Of a DNA stretch of 64,000 bases, positions 50,618 through 60,176 are shown piece by piece; the stretch's first letter is position 1, and the number at the start of each line of letters is the position of its first letter. The stretch is taken from contig CAXXYE010000004.1 of the NCBI GenBank assembly GCA_963674865.2, forward strand, positions 480,001 to 544,000. Direction: 5' to 3'. Under the pieces are notes generated by a model. It was not told the origin of the DNA. It ran no database searches and was given only the letters and a program-made list of their open reading frames with translations. The position numbers and the translations under genes are program-made. The DNA is from Candidatus Hydrogenedentota bacterium. GTDB lineage: Bacteria > Hydrogenedentota > Hydrogenedentia > Hydrogenedentales > SLHB01.

Positions 50618-51408
50618 TGGCGGCGCCACGTCGTCGAACACCAAACCTACGGAGAGGCGTCGGAAGCCCTTTCAAGCGGCTCCTGGCAGGCGCCTTCAAG
50701 TCCTTGGTGTTCCTGGGATTATTCGGCGGCGTGGCCTACGCGTTCTATGGCTACATCCACGATGCCGGCCAATTCCGCGTGCGCCAGATTCACGTGAGCG
50801 GCACAGAGGCACTTGAGCACGGCACGGTGATCGCCCAGTCCGGCATTACCGCCGACACCAACGTTCTCTTCCTCGACACCGACGCGGCCGCGGCCCGCGT
50901 CGAGGCATTGCCCTATGTGGCCCATTGCGAGGTCGAGCGAAGCTTCCCAGACACCGTCAGCATCGAAATCGAGGAGCGCGCAGCCACCGCCACCCTCCTC
51001 GTAGACAACCACACCTTCCTCCTTGATCCCACCTGCGTGGTGCTTCGCGAGCTGGCCCCCGACGAGCTCCACACCGGCCCCCTCATCACCGAGGTACCGG
51101 GACTACTGGGCGCGCTCGAGCCGGGACGACGCCTTGAGCAAGCCGCGTTGGCCGGGGCAATGGCTGTGTGGAGAGCCTTTCAGCAGAGCGACGTGGGCCA
51201 GAGCACCACGGTATCGGAGATGGCCGCGCTGCGCGAAAACGACATCCGCATGTACTGCAACGAACTGCCCTTCGAGATCCGGTGGGGGCGCGGCAACTAC
51301 GCTGCCCAGGCCGCCCGGCTGGACGTTCTCTGGCGTTCATGCGACGGCCCGCCGCCCTGTAGCGAATACCTGGACCTCCGCTTTGACAACGACCTGGCCT
51401 GTAAGTGA
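50614..51408 (+). CDS. ftsQ: Cell division protein FtsQ/DivIB
   Basis: Basic tail, single TM, POTRA (VERSFPDTVSIEIEER), C-terminal YLDLRF; between murC and ftsZ. Confidence 0.85.
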   Translation: MMAAPRRRTPNLRRGVGSPFKRLLAGAFKSLVFLGLFGGVAYAFYGYIHDAGQFRVRQIHVSGTEALEHGTVIAQSGITADTNVLFLDTDAAAARVEALPYVAHCEVERSFPDTVSIEIEERAATATLLVDNHTFLLDPTCVVLRELAPDELHTGPLITEVPGLLGALEPGRRLEQAALAGAMAVWRAFQQSDVGQSTTVSEMAALRENDIRMYCNELPFEIRWGRGNYAAQAARLDVLWRSCDGPPPCSEYLDLRFDNDLACK

Positions 51409-51537
51409 CTACTGCCCTGCCGGCCTTGGGAAATCGGTTGTACGCCGCCCGGTTCGAGTGATAGGATAATTCCAATGGGAATCCCGGGGCTCTGTGAACC
51501 AGGTCGGTGGGGCTAAACGCCATGGAGACCGCGACCT

Positions 51538-52779
51538 ATGTCCATTAGCATGTCTGACGAATTCGCTTCCTTTGACCAGCGCGCCGTCATCAAAGTCTGC
51601 GGCATCGGCGGAGGCGGCGGCAACGCCGTGGGGAGAATGATCGAGGCAGGCCTCAAGGATGTTGAATTCATCACGATCAACACCGATGCACAGGCCCTCA
51701 AGAACTCGCCCGCCGGCACGCGCCTTCAGATAGGTGTCAACGTTACAGGCGGCCTCGGCTCGGGCGCCAATCCCGAGGTAGGACATCGGGCCGCCAAGGA
51801 AGATGAGGAGCGCGTTACCGACGTCCTGCACGGGGCGGACATGGTGTTTCTCACCGCCGGCCTTGGCGGCGGCACGGGAACCGGCGCAAGTCCCATTGTC
51901 GCCAACATCGCCCGCGAATCGGGCGCCCTCACCGTGGCCATCGTCACCCTTCCCTTCCGGTTTGAGGGCGTAGAGCGCTTACAGAACGCCCTGAAAGGCT
52001 TGGCCGCCCTCGAAGAGCAGGTTGACACCCTCATCGTCGTGCCGAACGATAGAGTGGCCACCCTCTGCCAGAACAACATTTCCCTCCTCAATGCCTTTCA
52101 CCAAGCGGACGAGGTGCTCCACAACGGCGTCCGCGCCATTTCCGAGTTGATCACGGTTCCCGGACTCATCAATCTCGACTTCGCCGACGTGCGCACCATC
52201 ATGCAGGCCCGTGGCCGGGCCCTCATGGGCATCGGCACGGCGGAGGGCGATGAGCGGGCCAAGCGGGCATCCGAGGAAGCGATTATCTGCCCCTTGCTCG
52301 AGCAATCGAACATCCACGGCGCCATGGGCGTCATCGTCAACATCAAGGGCGGATGCGACATCGGCATGCGCGAGGTGCAGGAAGCCGTCTCGACGGTGCA
52401 GCAATCCGCCCATCCCGACGCGAACATCATCTTCGGCGCCGTCGTTGACGAAGAAGAGCGGCCGGAACTGCAAGTCACCGTCATCGCGGCCGGATTCCCC
52501 AAGGGCGTGTCGGAGGACTTCCTTCGAGGCGACGGCCTTGCCGAGAAGAAACAGCCGCCCAAGGCCGCGCCTGAGTCCAGGAAACCGGCTCCTCCTCAAC
52601 AGTCCGCCGCCGCGCAGCCCAAGCCCGAGGCGGCGCCGGCCAAGGAGTTTGAGACCCCCTTTCTTTTCCCGGAGGAATCCCGTTCTCCCAAGGAAGAGTC
52701 CCCAGCCTCCGGCCACCCCACTCAGGATGAAGACCTGGATATCCCGGCCTTCATGCGCAAACGGAAGAAACCACAATGA
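51538..52779 (+). CDS. ftsZ: Cell division protein FtsZ
   Basis: GIGGGGGNAV, GGGTGTG, INLDFAD, C-terminal DLDIPAFMR. Confidence 0.98.
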   Translation: MSISMSDEFASFDQRAVIKVCGIGGGGGNAVGRMIEAGLKDVEFITINTDAQALKNSPAGTRLQIGVNVTGGLGSGANPEVGHRAAKEDEERVTDVLHGADMVFLTAGLGGGTGTGASPIVANIARESGALTVAIVTLPFRFEGVERLQNALKGLAALEEQVDTLIVVPNDRVATLCQNNISLLNAFHQADEVLHNGVRAISELITVPGLINLDFADVRTIMQARGRALMGIGTAEGDERAKRASEEAIICPLLEQSNIHGAMGVIVNIKGGCDIGMREVQEAVSTVQQSAHPDANIIFGAVVDEEERPELQVTVIAAGFPKGVSEDFLRGDGLAEKKQPPKAAPESRKPAPPQQSAAAQPKPEAAPAKEFETPFLFPEESRSPKEESPASGHPTQDEDLDIPAFMRKRKKPQ

Positions 52780-53870
52780 AGTTTTTCCAGAAGGTCCTCC
52801 AACGAGCAGTACAGCAGGACGCCTCGGATATTCACCTCAAGGTCGGCAGCCCGCCCTACCTCCGGGTCGACGGCCAGCTTTTCCCGCAGGATTCTGAAGC
52901 CCTGGTTCCCGAAATGATGGACGAGATCCTTGCCGTCCTGTTGAGCGACACCCAGCACAAGTACTTCCTGAAGCGCGGCGAGATCGACCTGTCTTATACG
53001 GAGAAAGGCGTTGGCCGGTTTCGCGTGAATGTCTACCGCCAACGGGGCAACATCTCGGTGGTCTTGCGGCGCATCAAGGCGAAGATCCTTTCCTTCGACC
53101 AATTGAACCTTCCCGAAGCGACGCTCAAATTCGCCGAGTTCATGCGCGGACTCGTTATCATCACCGGCACCACCGGCTCAGGCAAATCCACCACGCTCGC
53201 GGCCATCATTGACCACATCAACGACCACCGGCAATGCCACGTCGTCTCCATTGAAGACCCCATCGAATACATCCACAATGATCGCAAAGCGGTGGTCAGC
53301 CAACGCGAGGTCACCATCGACACCGAAAGCTTCGGCGCTGCTCTGAAATCGGTTATGCGCCAGGATCCCGATGTGATTCTCATCGGCGAGATGCGCGATC
53401 TCGAAACCTTCCGGGCCGCCATCAGTGCCGCCGAGACGGGCCACCTCGTCTTCAGTACGTTGCACACCACCAACGTCATGCAAACCATCGACCGCATCAT
53501 CGACCTGTATCCCTCCAACGAACAAGATCAGATTCGGGCGCAGTTATCCATTAACTTGCGGGCGATCATGTGCATGCGCCTCATGGCGCGCGCCGACGGA
53601 ACGGGCCGCGTCCCCGCCTGCGAGATCATGTTCATGACGCCCGGCGCACGTAAGCTCATTAAAGATAACCGCGTCAATCAGCTTCCCACCGCCATCCAAC
53701 AGAGCCGCGAAGACGGCAGCCAGAGTTTCAATGACAGCCTTTACCAGCTCATCAAGAACCGTTTCATCACCGTTGATGACGGCATGCTCGCCTCAGACAA
53801 TCCCGAGGAACTCAACATGATGATCCAAGGGATTCGCCTTAGCCAAAGCCGCGGCGGCATCTTCCGCTAG
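52776..53870 (+). CDS. Type IV pilus retraction ATPase (PilT/PilU family)
   Basis: ASDIHL, GRFRVN, GTTGSGKST, EDPIE, RQDPDVILIGEMRD, TGHLVFSTLH. Confidence 0.93.
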   Translation: MKFFQKVLQRAVQQDASDIHLKVGSPPYLRVDGQLFPQDSEALVPEMMDEILAVLLSDTQHKYFLKRGEIDLSYTEKGVGRFRVNVYRQRGNISVVLRRIKAKILSFDQLNLPEATLKFAEFMRGLVIITGTTGSGKSTTLAAIIDHINDHRQCHVVSIEDPIEYIHNDRKAVVSQREVTIDTESFGAALKSVMRQDPDVILIGEMRDLETFRAAISAAETGHLVFSTLHTTNVMQTIDRIIDLYPSNEQDQIRAQLSINLRAIMCMRLMARADGTGRVPACEIMFMTPGARKLIKDNRVNQLPTAIQQSREDGSQSFNDSLYQLIKNRFITVDDGMLASDNPEELNMMIQGIRLSQSRGGIFR

Positions 53871-53889
53871 GCCACAGGCCTCCCTAAGC

Positions 53890-56388
53890 TCAACCTGTGA
53901 TTGGCGGATGTGCGATGGTCTTTTCCAGCTTCGCCGGTTCCCCCACAACCGCTATAGCCGACGCCCCGCTGACGAAGACGGGGGCCTCGGGTGATAGCAC
54001 CAGCTCGACGCTTCCGCCGCCGACCATGATAGCCAGCGTCTCGCCCATAAGGTTCTTCACGACAATGCTTTCCGGGCCTTCGAGCGCCAGTTCGGCGCGG
54101 TAGAACCCTCCCCAACTCCACAACGCGGCCGTGTCGCCCATCCTCATCCCACGAAGGGCCGGACTCAAGCTGAACGCTTCCGGCTCGCCATCCACCATTG
54201 TCCTCGCCACGGATGCCAAGGCCCTGTATGCCGGCTTCGGAGTCATGTCGGGCCGGATCACGCCGAAATTGTGCTCATTGTAGAACGGATTCGGCCCATC
54301 GCAGCGGAAATCGTACCAACTGATGTTCTGGCACGCCCCTGACGCGACGGCCAACAGGTAACTACGCGCCAGGAGTCCGGCCTGACGGCGCTCGCTCGTC
54401 ACGCCTCCAAGTTGCGTACTCCAGCCCATTTCGGTGATCCACACCGGCCGGTTGCCGACGAGTTGCGTCGCCTCCCGCAACTCACGCGTGAAACCGCGCT
54501 CGGTAAGCGCGCTCCGATACGGATGGATCGTCAGAATGTCGAAGCGCGCTCCCGCCTCCATACAGTCCCGTATAAAGTCCATGGCGACGCCGGCCGTCGA
54601 GATGCCGAGGACCTCTGCCTCCGGATCTTCCTCCTTGATTGCCGCGTAACAGTGTTCGAGAAGCACCGGATACAACTCCTTCGGTCCGCTCCAGAAGAAG
54701 ATGTTCGGCTCGTTGTAGACCTCCCAATGCTTGATCCGATCCTTGAAATGAAGCACCGTCGCCCGCGCATAGGCGCAGAAGTCCTCGATGCCTTCCTCCG
54801 TGTAGGCCTGCGTCCAGGATGTCCAGTACGCCAGCAAGCCGTAAACGCTGATGCCGTGTTCCAGCGCCGTATCCACCACCTGATCGTAGAACTCGAAATC
54901 GAATTCACCACGCCGCGGCTCGATGCGGCTCCACGAGAACTCCTCCCTCGACCACTTGACGCCCGCGTCCCGCGCCATCTCCGCCGCGCGCCGCATCTGC
55001 GCGAGGCCCTCCGGCGAATTCGGATACCGGTACAGGTAGACGCCCATGCCCCAGGGGAGGTCGGGGCGGAGAAAGGCATCGCCCGCGAGTTCCAGCGGGC
55101 GCGTGTATGTCGCCGTAGCCTCTGCCCGCTTATCGCCCCCATACTCGAAGTCGAACGCAGCCTCCAGGAAGTTCTTGTCCGCAGGCAAAGACACAGGCAA
55201 CCGAAGCTCGTGCTTTTCACCCGAGGCAGGCAGTGTCCAATAGCATTCGCGGGTGGCAATCACAGCTTCCTGCCAATCCTTCAGCGTGAGCCGCAACTTG
55301 CCCGAGGCCGCCTCCGGCAGCAGGCTCCAGCCGGACACGCGGGCCGTGAGAGCATCCGAATCGGCCGCCTTGTCGAGTTGCGCCATGAGGATGACGGCCC
55401 CATCCTCACTCACGCGCGTTCGGCACTTGAGCCACTTCAGCCGGACCTCCGTGGGCTCGGACGGGCCGCTGCCGCGCGATACGGCAAGGCGCTCGAAGCG
55501 CAGCGGCATACGCACTTCGCCGTCATTCTCTCCGCCCCAATACTGCCAGCCCTCGGGCGGCGGAGGCGCCTTCAATTCCTTCACGCCACCGTCCAATTCG
55601 CCCAATTCCCGCCCGAAACGCTGGAAATGAGAACCAAACTCGATGCTCACCCGGTTGCCCGCGCGGCCTCCCTCCACGGCCAGCGTCAGCGCCTCCGCTT
55701 CCCCCTACAGCGACAGTGTCGTGCTTACAAGAACGACCTCGCGGCGGGAAAAGTCCGCGGACAACACACCCTCCTCAAGCGTAGCGGGCCCAGAAACGCC
55801 AAGTGCCTCGTCCTGGCCGAACGACGTCACCACGTACTCCGCCTCGACTGACTTCGCGGCGTCCGGCGTATCCTCGGATCCCGGCGCCGTGAACTGAACA
55901 TCCGCCACCGCGAGCTCTCCCTTCAGCGCCTCAAGTCCCTCGCGCATGACAACCACCTCAAACGCAGTCACCGGCGGATGGAGCAGGCCGTCACCGGCTC
56001 CTCCCGCGCGGTAATCCCACGCCAGCATGTCTATCCGCACCGGCTGCCAATCCGAATGATCGAAATCTATCGGCTCGTGCAGCCGCTGGCCCGTCGCGTC
56101 CACCACGCCGACGCGCAGCAGCGCATCCGCCGGCTTCCGCACCCGGAACGATGCCTCGCGAACGACGAGCGGCGACTGGAGCACCAACCGCGCAGCCGCT
56201 TCCTGCGCCTTCGAGTCCGAGAAGTCGTAGCTCAGGTGGGCCACCCCGGCCTCGTCCAATTCTACGGAGCCCACCGTGCCTTGCTCGTGCCCGTCCTCCA
56301 GAGACACCCACGCGCGAGACGCGCCCTCAGAGGCCGAAGCCTCGCCCTGTCCGCACAACACCAGCACCGCACAGAAAAAGCCCAACAT
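53890..56388 (-). pseudogene. Exported clan GH-A glycoside hydrolase (GH39/GH5-like) interrupted by one in-frame TAG at 55705-55707
   Basis: ORFs 55705-56388 and 53890-55677 share a frame; reads STTLSL*GEAEALTLAVEGG; signal peptide upstream, WEVYNEPN and WITEMGW catalytic motifs downstream. Confidence 0.75.
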
Positions 56389-56467
56389 GGCAGCGTGCTC
56401 CCATCAATTCTATCCAATTCCCATCAGCATACACCGCCGTGTTCAGTTCGAGAAAGCGCATCACGGC

Positions 56468-58666
56468 CTAGCCGCAGCGCACTTTGACGTCCAGTTCCCC
56501 GGCAAATCCCGTGAGGTCAATTACCTCTTGCTTGGCATCGAACGCCTTGTGCGCGACCCCGTTGACGGCGACCGAGCGGATACGCCTCCCTCCGGGCAGA
56601 CGCAGCCTCAATCTCACCCCCTGCGCGGCGTTTCTTTCAGGCATATGGACGGTGGCCGTCACTTTCCCGTTGGCGATGTCCGACACGAGAGCATAACTCA
56701 CCTCTCCGAAGCAGGTCGGCGCGTTGCTCACCTCGATTCGCTTGCCCTGTTCGAGCCATCCGCGCGGCGTAGCATGCGCCAGAAACAAGCATTGAGGAAG
56801 CCCCGTCTCATCATCAAAGGACTCCCGCACCAGTATCAGGCGGAGCGCAAGCAAGAAGGCCAGGTTATTGGCGCTGTTGCACGAGCCATAGGCCGAGCGA
56901 TACTTCTCCGCCGGACGCGGCGCGGCGGTGTCGCCTTCGCCGCTGACGAAGGTACCGCGCGTTTGGCCGTGACACAGTTTTCCGTAGAACGACACAAGCA
57001 GCCGCTCGGCATCGTCGCGATCAGACATCAAACGCATGTAGCTGGGCAGATACACATTGTCGAACCCGGCCGAGCAGTATCCGGGAAGCCCAGTGGACCG
57101 GAATTCCCCGTTTGGCGTCGGATAGAGGTCGAACCGCAGCAGCCCAAGCAGAATTGCCCCGTGATTATGAAGGTACCGCACGATGCCGTCCATATCCGGC
57201 CCGTTGACGTCCCACAAGCCGGACGCAAAGGCATACGGCATGCACAAGTTCCAATAGCCGCCCATGCGCGTCGCCGTAACCGGGTCGTAGATCTCCTGCT
57301 CCTCTTCCAGCAACATGCTTGGAACAAAGAGCGTGTTGTCCGGGAGCGTCTGTTGGGACTGCGCGATAGCGCTGTACAACGCGTGCTTCAGGTTTGCGGC
57401 GACGGGCGCGTAACGCGCGTGTAGATCCGCTCGTCCCACGAGCTTCCAGACGTCGGCCATATCTCGCAGTCCGCGCCAGCACACCGCCTGATGGAAGGTG
57501 CAGTATGAAACCTCCGCGATATCGCCGCAGTGCCGCTGCCGCTCCAGCAAGCCGTTCGGATCGGCCTCCATCTGTGTCTTCAGTTCATCGCACAGCGACG
57601 CGTAATACTCCGCATGCTCTTCAATGAACGCCGCATCGCGCGTGAGCAGATAGTAGTGGGCGCCATGGCAGAGCCGCTCACCCCGCTCCCAGTTCACATA
57701 GTATTTCTCCCCTTTCGTCATCCCCATCAAATCGCGCAGGCCGTCACGAGCCGCATCCGAAAAGCCGTACATCGCGAGTGTGGACATCGCGTCACTGCTC
57801 TCGGGCTGGTAGAAGGAATCGTGGTAGACCACCGCGCCCAACGAATACCGCCAGCGGAGCATCTTGTTCTGAATAAGCAGATTCCGCTGGCAGTCCATGA
57901 CGATCTGCTCAGGTACGACAAACTGCGCGCCCGAAGCCAGCATCCTATCCCAATGGGCCTTGCAGCCGTTCTTCGCGCTTTCATATGCCTCAGCGGTAAT
58001 AGGTGTGTTCTCGGGAAGCTCGTTATCCGGCGACCACAGAAGATATACAGCCGGCTCGGAACCTTCCCGGAATGCATAGGCGAACTCATTATCATCCTGC
58101 TCGGGCGTACCTGAGTAGCGGAGGTCTTCAAAACGTCCTCCCCCAAGGCGGATACGGATAGCAGTCTCCTGTCGGCTTCTCACACTGAGCTTCACAAACA
58201 GCACCATCGCGTCCAAGCCGGAAATCCAACTTCCAAAGCTCTCCTGCGCATAGCGGATACCGTGCTCGTCCGTGTAGCCGGTGCGTAGAATCGGATAGTA
58301 TCCGCCCTCAAGAGACGGGCCTTCGAGCCGATCCAGATTCCCCCCGTACCGCTCCGCCTCCCCACTGCCCACGTGAAACTCCAGGAGCCGATCCGCGTCA
58401 TAGCGCTCGGCACAAATGCGGCTGCCATCGGCCACGGCGACGAAGCGAGGCGGCTCGCCCCCGTCTGCGGCATATAGGACGTGGTGAACGTCGAAGGTGT
58501 CGCGGCTGGCGCCCGTCGAGTAGAAAAGGGGCGGCAGGAAGTCCTTCATGTTCTCGTAGGCTGCGCCGCCCTCTGCGATAACGCGTTCTCCCAAAAGGTC
58601 TTTGCCCTGTTCGAGCGCCTGATTGAGCGCCTCTCCCCGAGGTTGCCCCATGACGTGTGTATGCAC
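56468..58666 (-). CDS. Hypothetical protein, six-hairpin glycosidase-like
   Basis: About 730 aa; YYLLTRDAAF, WRGLRD and C-terminal PRGWLE...APTCFGEVSY typical of (alpha/alpha)6 glycosidase-like proteins; GTG start after GAAGGAGG. Confidence 0.55.
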   Translation of the reverse strand: MHTHVMGQPRGEALNQALEQGKDLLGERVIAEGGAAYENMKDFLPPLFYSTGASRDTFDVHHVLYAADGGEPPRFVAVADGSRICAERYDADRLLEFHVGSGEAERYGGNLDRLEGPSLEGGYYPILRTGYTDEHGIRYAQESFGSWISGLDAMVLFVKLSVRSRQETAIRIRLGGGRFEDLRYSGTPEQDDNEFAYAFREGSEPAVYLLWSPDNELPENTPITAEAYESAKNGCKAHWDRMLASGAQFVVPEQIVMDCQRNLLIQNKMLRWRYSLGAVVYHDSFYQPESSDAMSTLAMYGFSDAARDGLRDLMGMTKGEKYYVNWERGERLCHGAHYYLLTRDAAFIEEHAEYYASLCDELKTQMEADPNGLLERQRHCGDIAEVSYCTFHQAVCWRGLRDMADVWKLVGRADLHARYAPVAANLKHALYSAIAQSQQTLPDNTLFVPSMLLEEEQEIYDPVTATRMGGYWNLCMPYAFASGLWDVNGPDMDGIVRYLHNHGAILLGLLRFDLYPTPNGEFRSTGLPGYCSAGFDNVYLPSYMRLMSDRDDAERLLVSFYGKLCHGQTRGTFVSGEGDTAAPRPAEKYRSAYGSCNSANNLAFLLALRLILVRESFDDETGLPQCLFLAHATPRGWLEQGKRIEVSNAPTCFGEVSYALVSDIANGKVTATVHMPERNAAQGVRLRLRLPGGRRIRSVAVNGVAHKAFDAKQEVIDLTGFAGELDVKVRCG

Positions 58667-58967
58667 TATCGCCTCCTTCACGCTCAGGACATATCACAAA
58701 GAGCGACTCTCGCCCAAGCGTTTGTTTCCCGTTCGGGCCTGCGACTCCGGGAAGGAACCGAGCAAGCATTGCAACCCTGAGCAACGTGACGGCATAATAC
58801 GCTTAACGTATGTGTAGCCGCACATTTACGCAACGACGGGCCAAGAACGTACGCGTCGCCTCCGGTGGAAGCGAGGTCAAGGTGCCGTAGATTCCGAGCC
58901 GGCGCGTTCCGGAGTACTCCGGAACGTGGGGGATAGCGGATCTTACGGCCGGAACAGGAGCTTATTG

Positions 58968-59750
58968 ATGAGTTGGCAGCAATTTGCCGCGATGGTGATC
59001 GTCGGCGCCCTAGTCGTTCTGGCCGGGGCCGCCACGGCACAGGAAGAACCCCCACAGCAGGAGCCTGCCGCGATGGAGAATCCATTGCCCGTCGTGGCCC
59101 CGTCGAGCATTCCGGACAGCCAGCAGGAGATCACCTTATCAATGATGCTCAAGAACGGCGGAACGATTCTGTGGGTGATCATGGGCCTGGGATTCATCGC
59201 GCTCGTCATGGCGATCTTCTTCTTCCTCACTGTTACGCCCGGACGCGAAGTGCCCCCGGCTTTCGTCAAGCGCGCCATGGCACAGATTCGGGCCGGGGAC
59301 TTGCGCGGCGCCTATCAGATGTGCGAGGGCCGCGATGAACTCATCGCCAACGTCATCCGCGCCGGCCTGAGAATGTCGGGCCACGACCGCTACGTCATCC
59401 AGGAAGCCATGGAAAGCGAGGGCGAACGAGGCGCGGCCGCCCTGTGGCAGAAGATCTCCTACCTGAACAACATCGGCGTTATCGCCCCTTTGCTCGGCCT
59501 TCTCGGCACCGTTTGGGGAATGATCCAGGCCTTCGGCGCTATCGCTCTCGATAACGCCCAAGTGCGCGGACTTACCATGGCCTACAGCGTCTCCGAGGCC
59601 ATGATCACGACGGCAGCGGGACTTGTCCTCGCCATCCCGGCCATGGTGGCTTACTACTATCTCCGCGGCCGCGTCGTGAAGATTATTGCACTGGTCGAGG
59701 CCCAAGGCAGCGAGGTCATCGAGCTGCTCACACGGAGTCACGGAGAATGA
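58968..59750 (+). CDS. MotA/TolQ/ExbB proton-channel protein
   Basis: APLLGLLGTVWGMI and SEAMITTAAGLVLAIPA. Confidence 0.93.
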   Translation: MSWQQFAAMVIVGALVVLAGAATAQEEPPQQEPAAMENPLPVVAPSSIPDSQQEITLSMMLKNGGTILWVIMGLGFIALVMAIFFFLTVTPGREVPPAFVKRAMAQIRAGDLRGAYQMCEGRDELIANVIRAGLRMSGHDRYVIQEAMESEGERGAAALWQKISYLNNIGVIAPLLGLLGTVWGMIQAFGAIALDNAQVRGLTMAYSVSEAMITTAAGLVLAIPAMVAYYYLRGRVVKIIALVEAQGSEVIELLTRSHGE

Positions 59751-60175
59751 AATTCGGACGACAAATCCAGGAAGAGTCCGAGAGCATCCAGATGGCCCCT
59801 CTCATTGACATCGTCTTCCTAACGCTCGTCTTCTTCATGGTGACCGCCGTCTACTCAACCCTCGAGAGCGAGATCGATATCGCCCTGCCTACGGCCGACA
59901 GCGCCGTTCAGTCCGAGCGCACACGCGGGGAGATCTTCATCAACCTGCGCGAGGACGGCAAGATCATCCTGAACGACCGCGAGATGGACATCCAGGAGTT
60001 GCAGGACGTGTTGAACCGCGTCGCCGAGTACTTCCCGGGCGGCAGCGTCATCATTCGAGGCGACCGCAACGCCATGCTCGGCCGCGCCGTCGCCATTCTC
60101 AACTGCTGCAAGAACGCCGACATCCAGAACGTGGCCTTCGCGGCCCTGACGGAAGAGCCGGAGGAATCCCCCTGA
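59747..60175 (+). CDS. ExbD/TolR family protein
   Basis: MAPLIDIVFLTLVFFMV with essential Asp; IALP; IIRGD. Confidence 0.93.
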   Translation: MKFGRQIQEESESIQMAPLIDIVFLTLVFFMVTAVYSTLESEIDIALPTADSAVQSERTRGEIFINLREDGKIILNDREMDIQELQDVLNRVAEYFPGGSVIIRGDRNAMLGRAVAILNCCKNADIQNVAFAALTEEPEESP

Positions 60176-60176
60176 C

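Noticed and set aside
55705..55707. Alternative genetic code (TAG reassigned)
   Set aside because: Many conserved genes in the window end at TAG at the expected position
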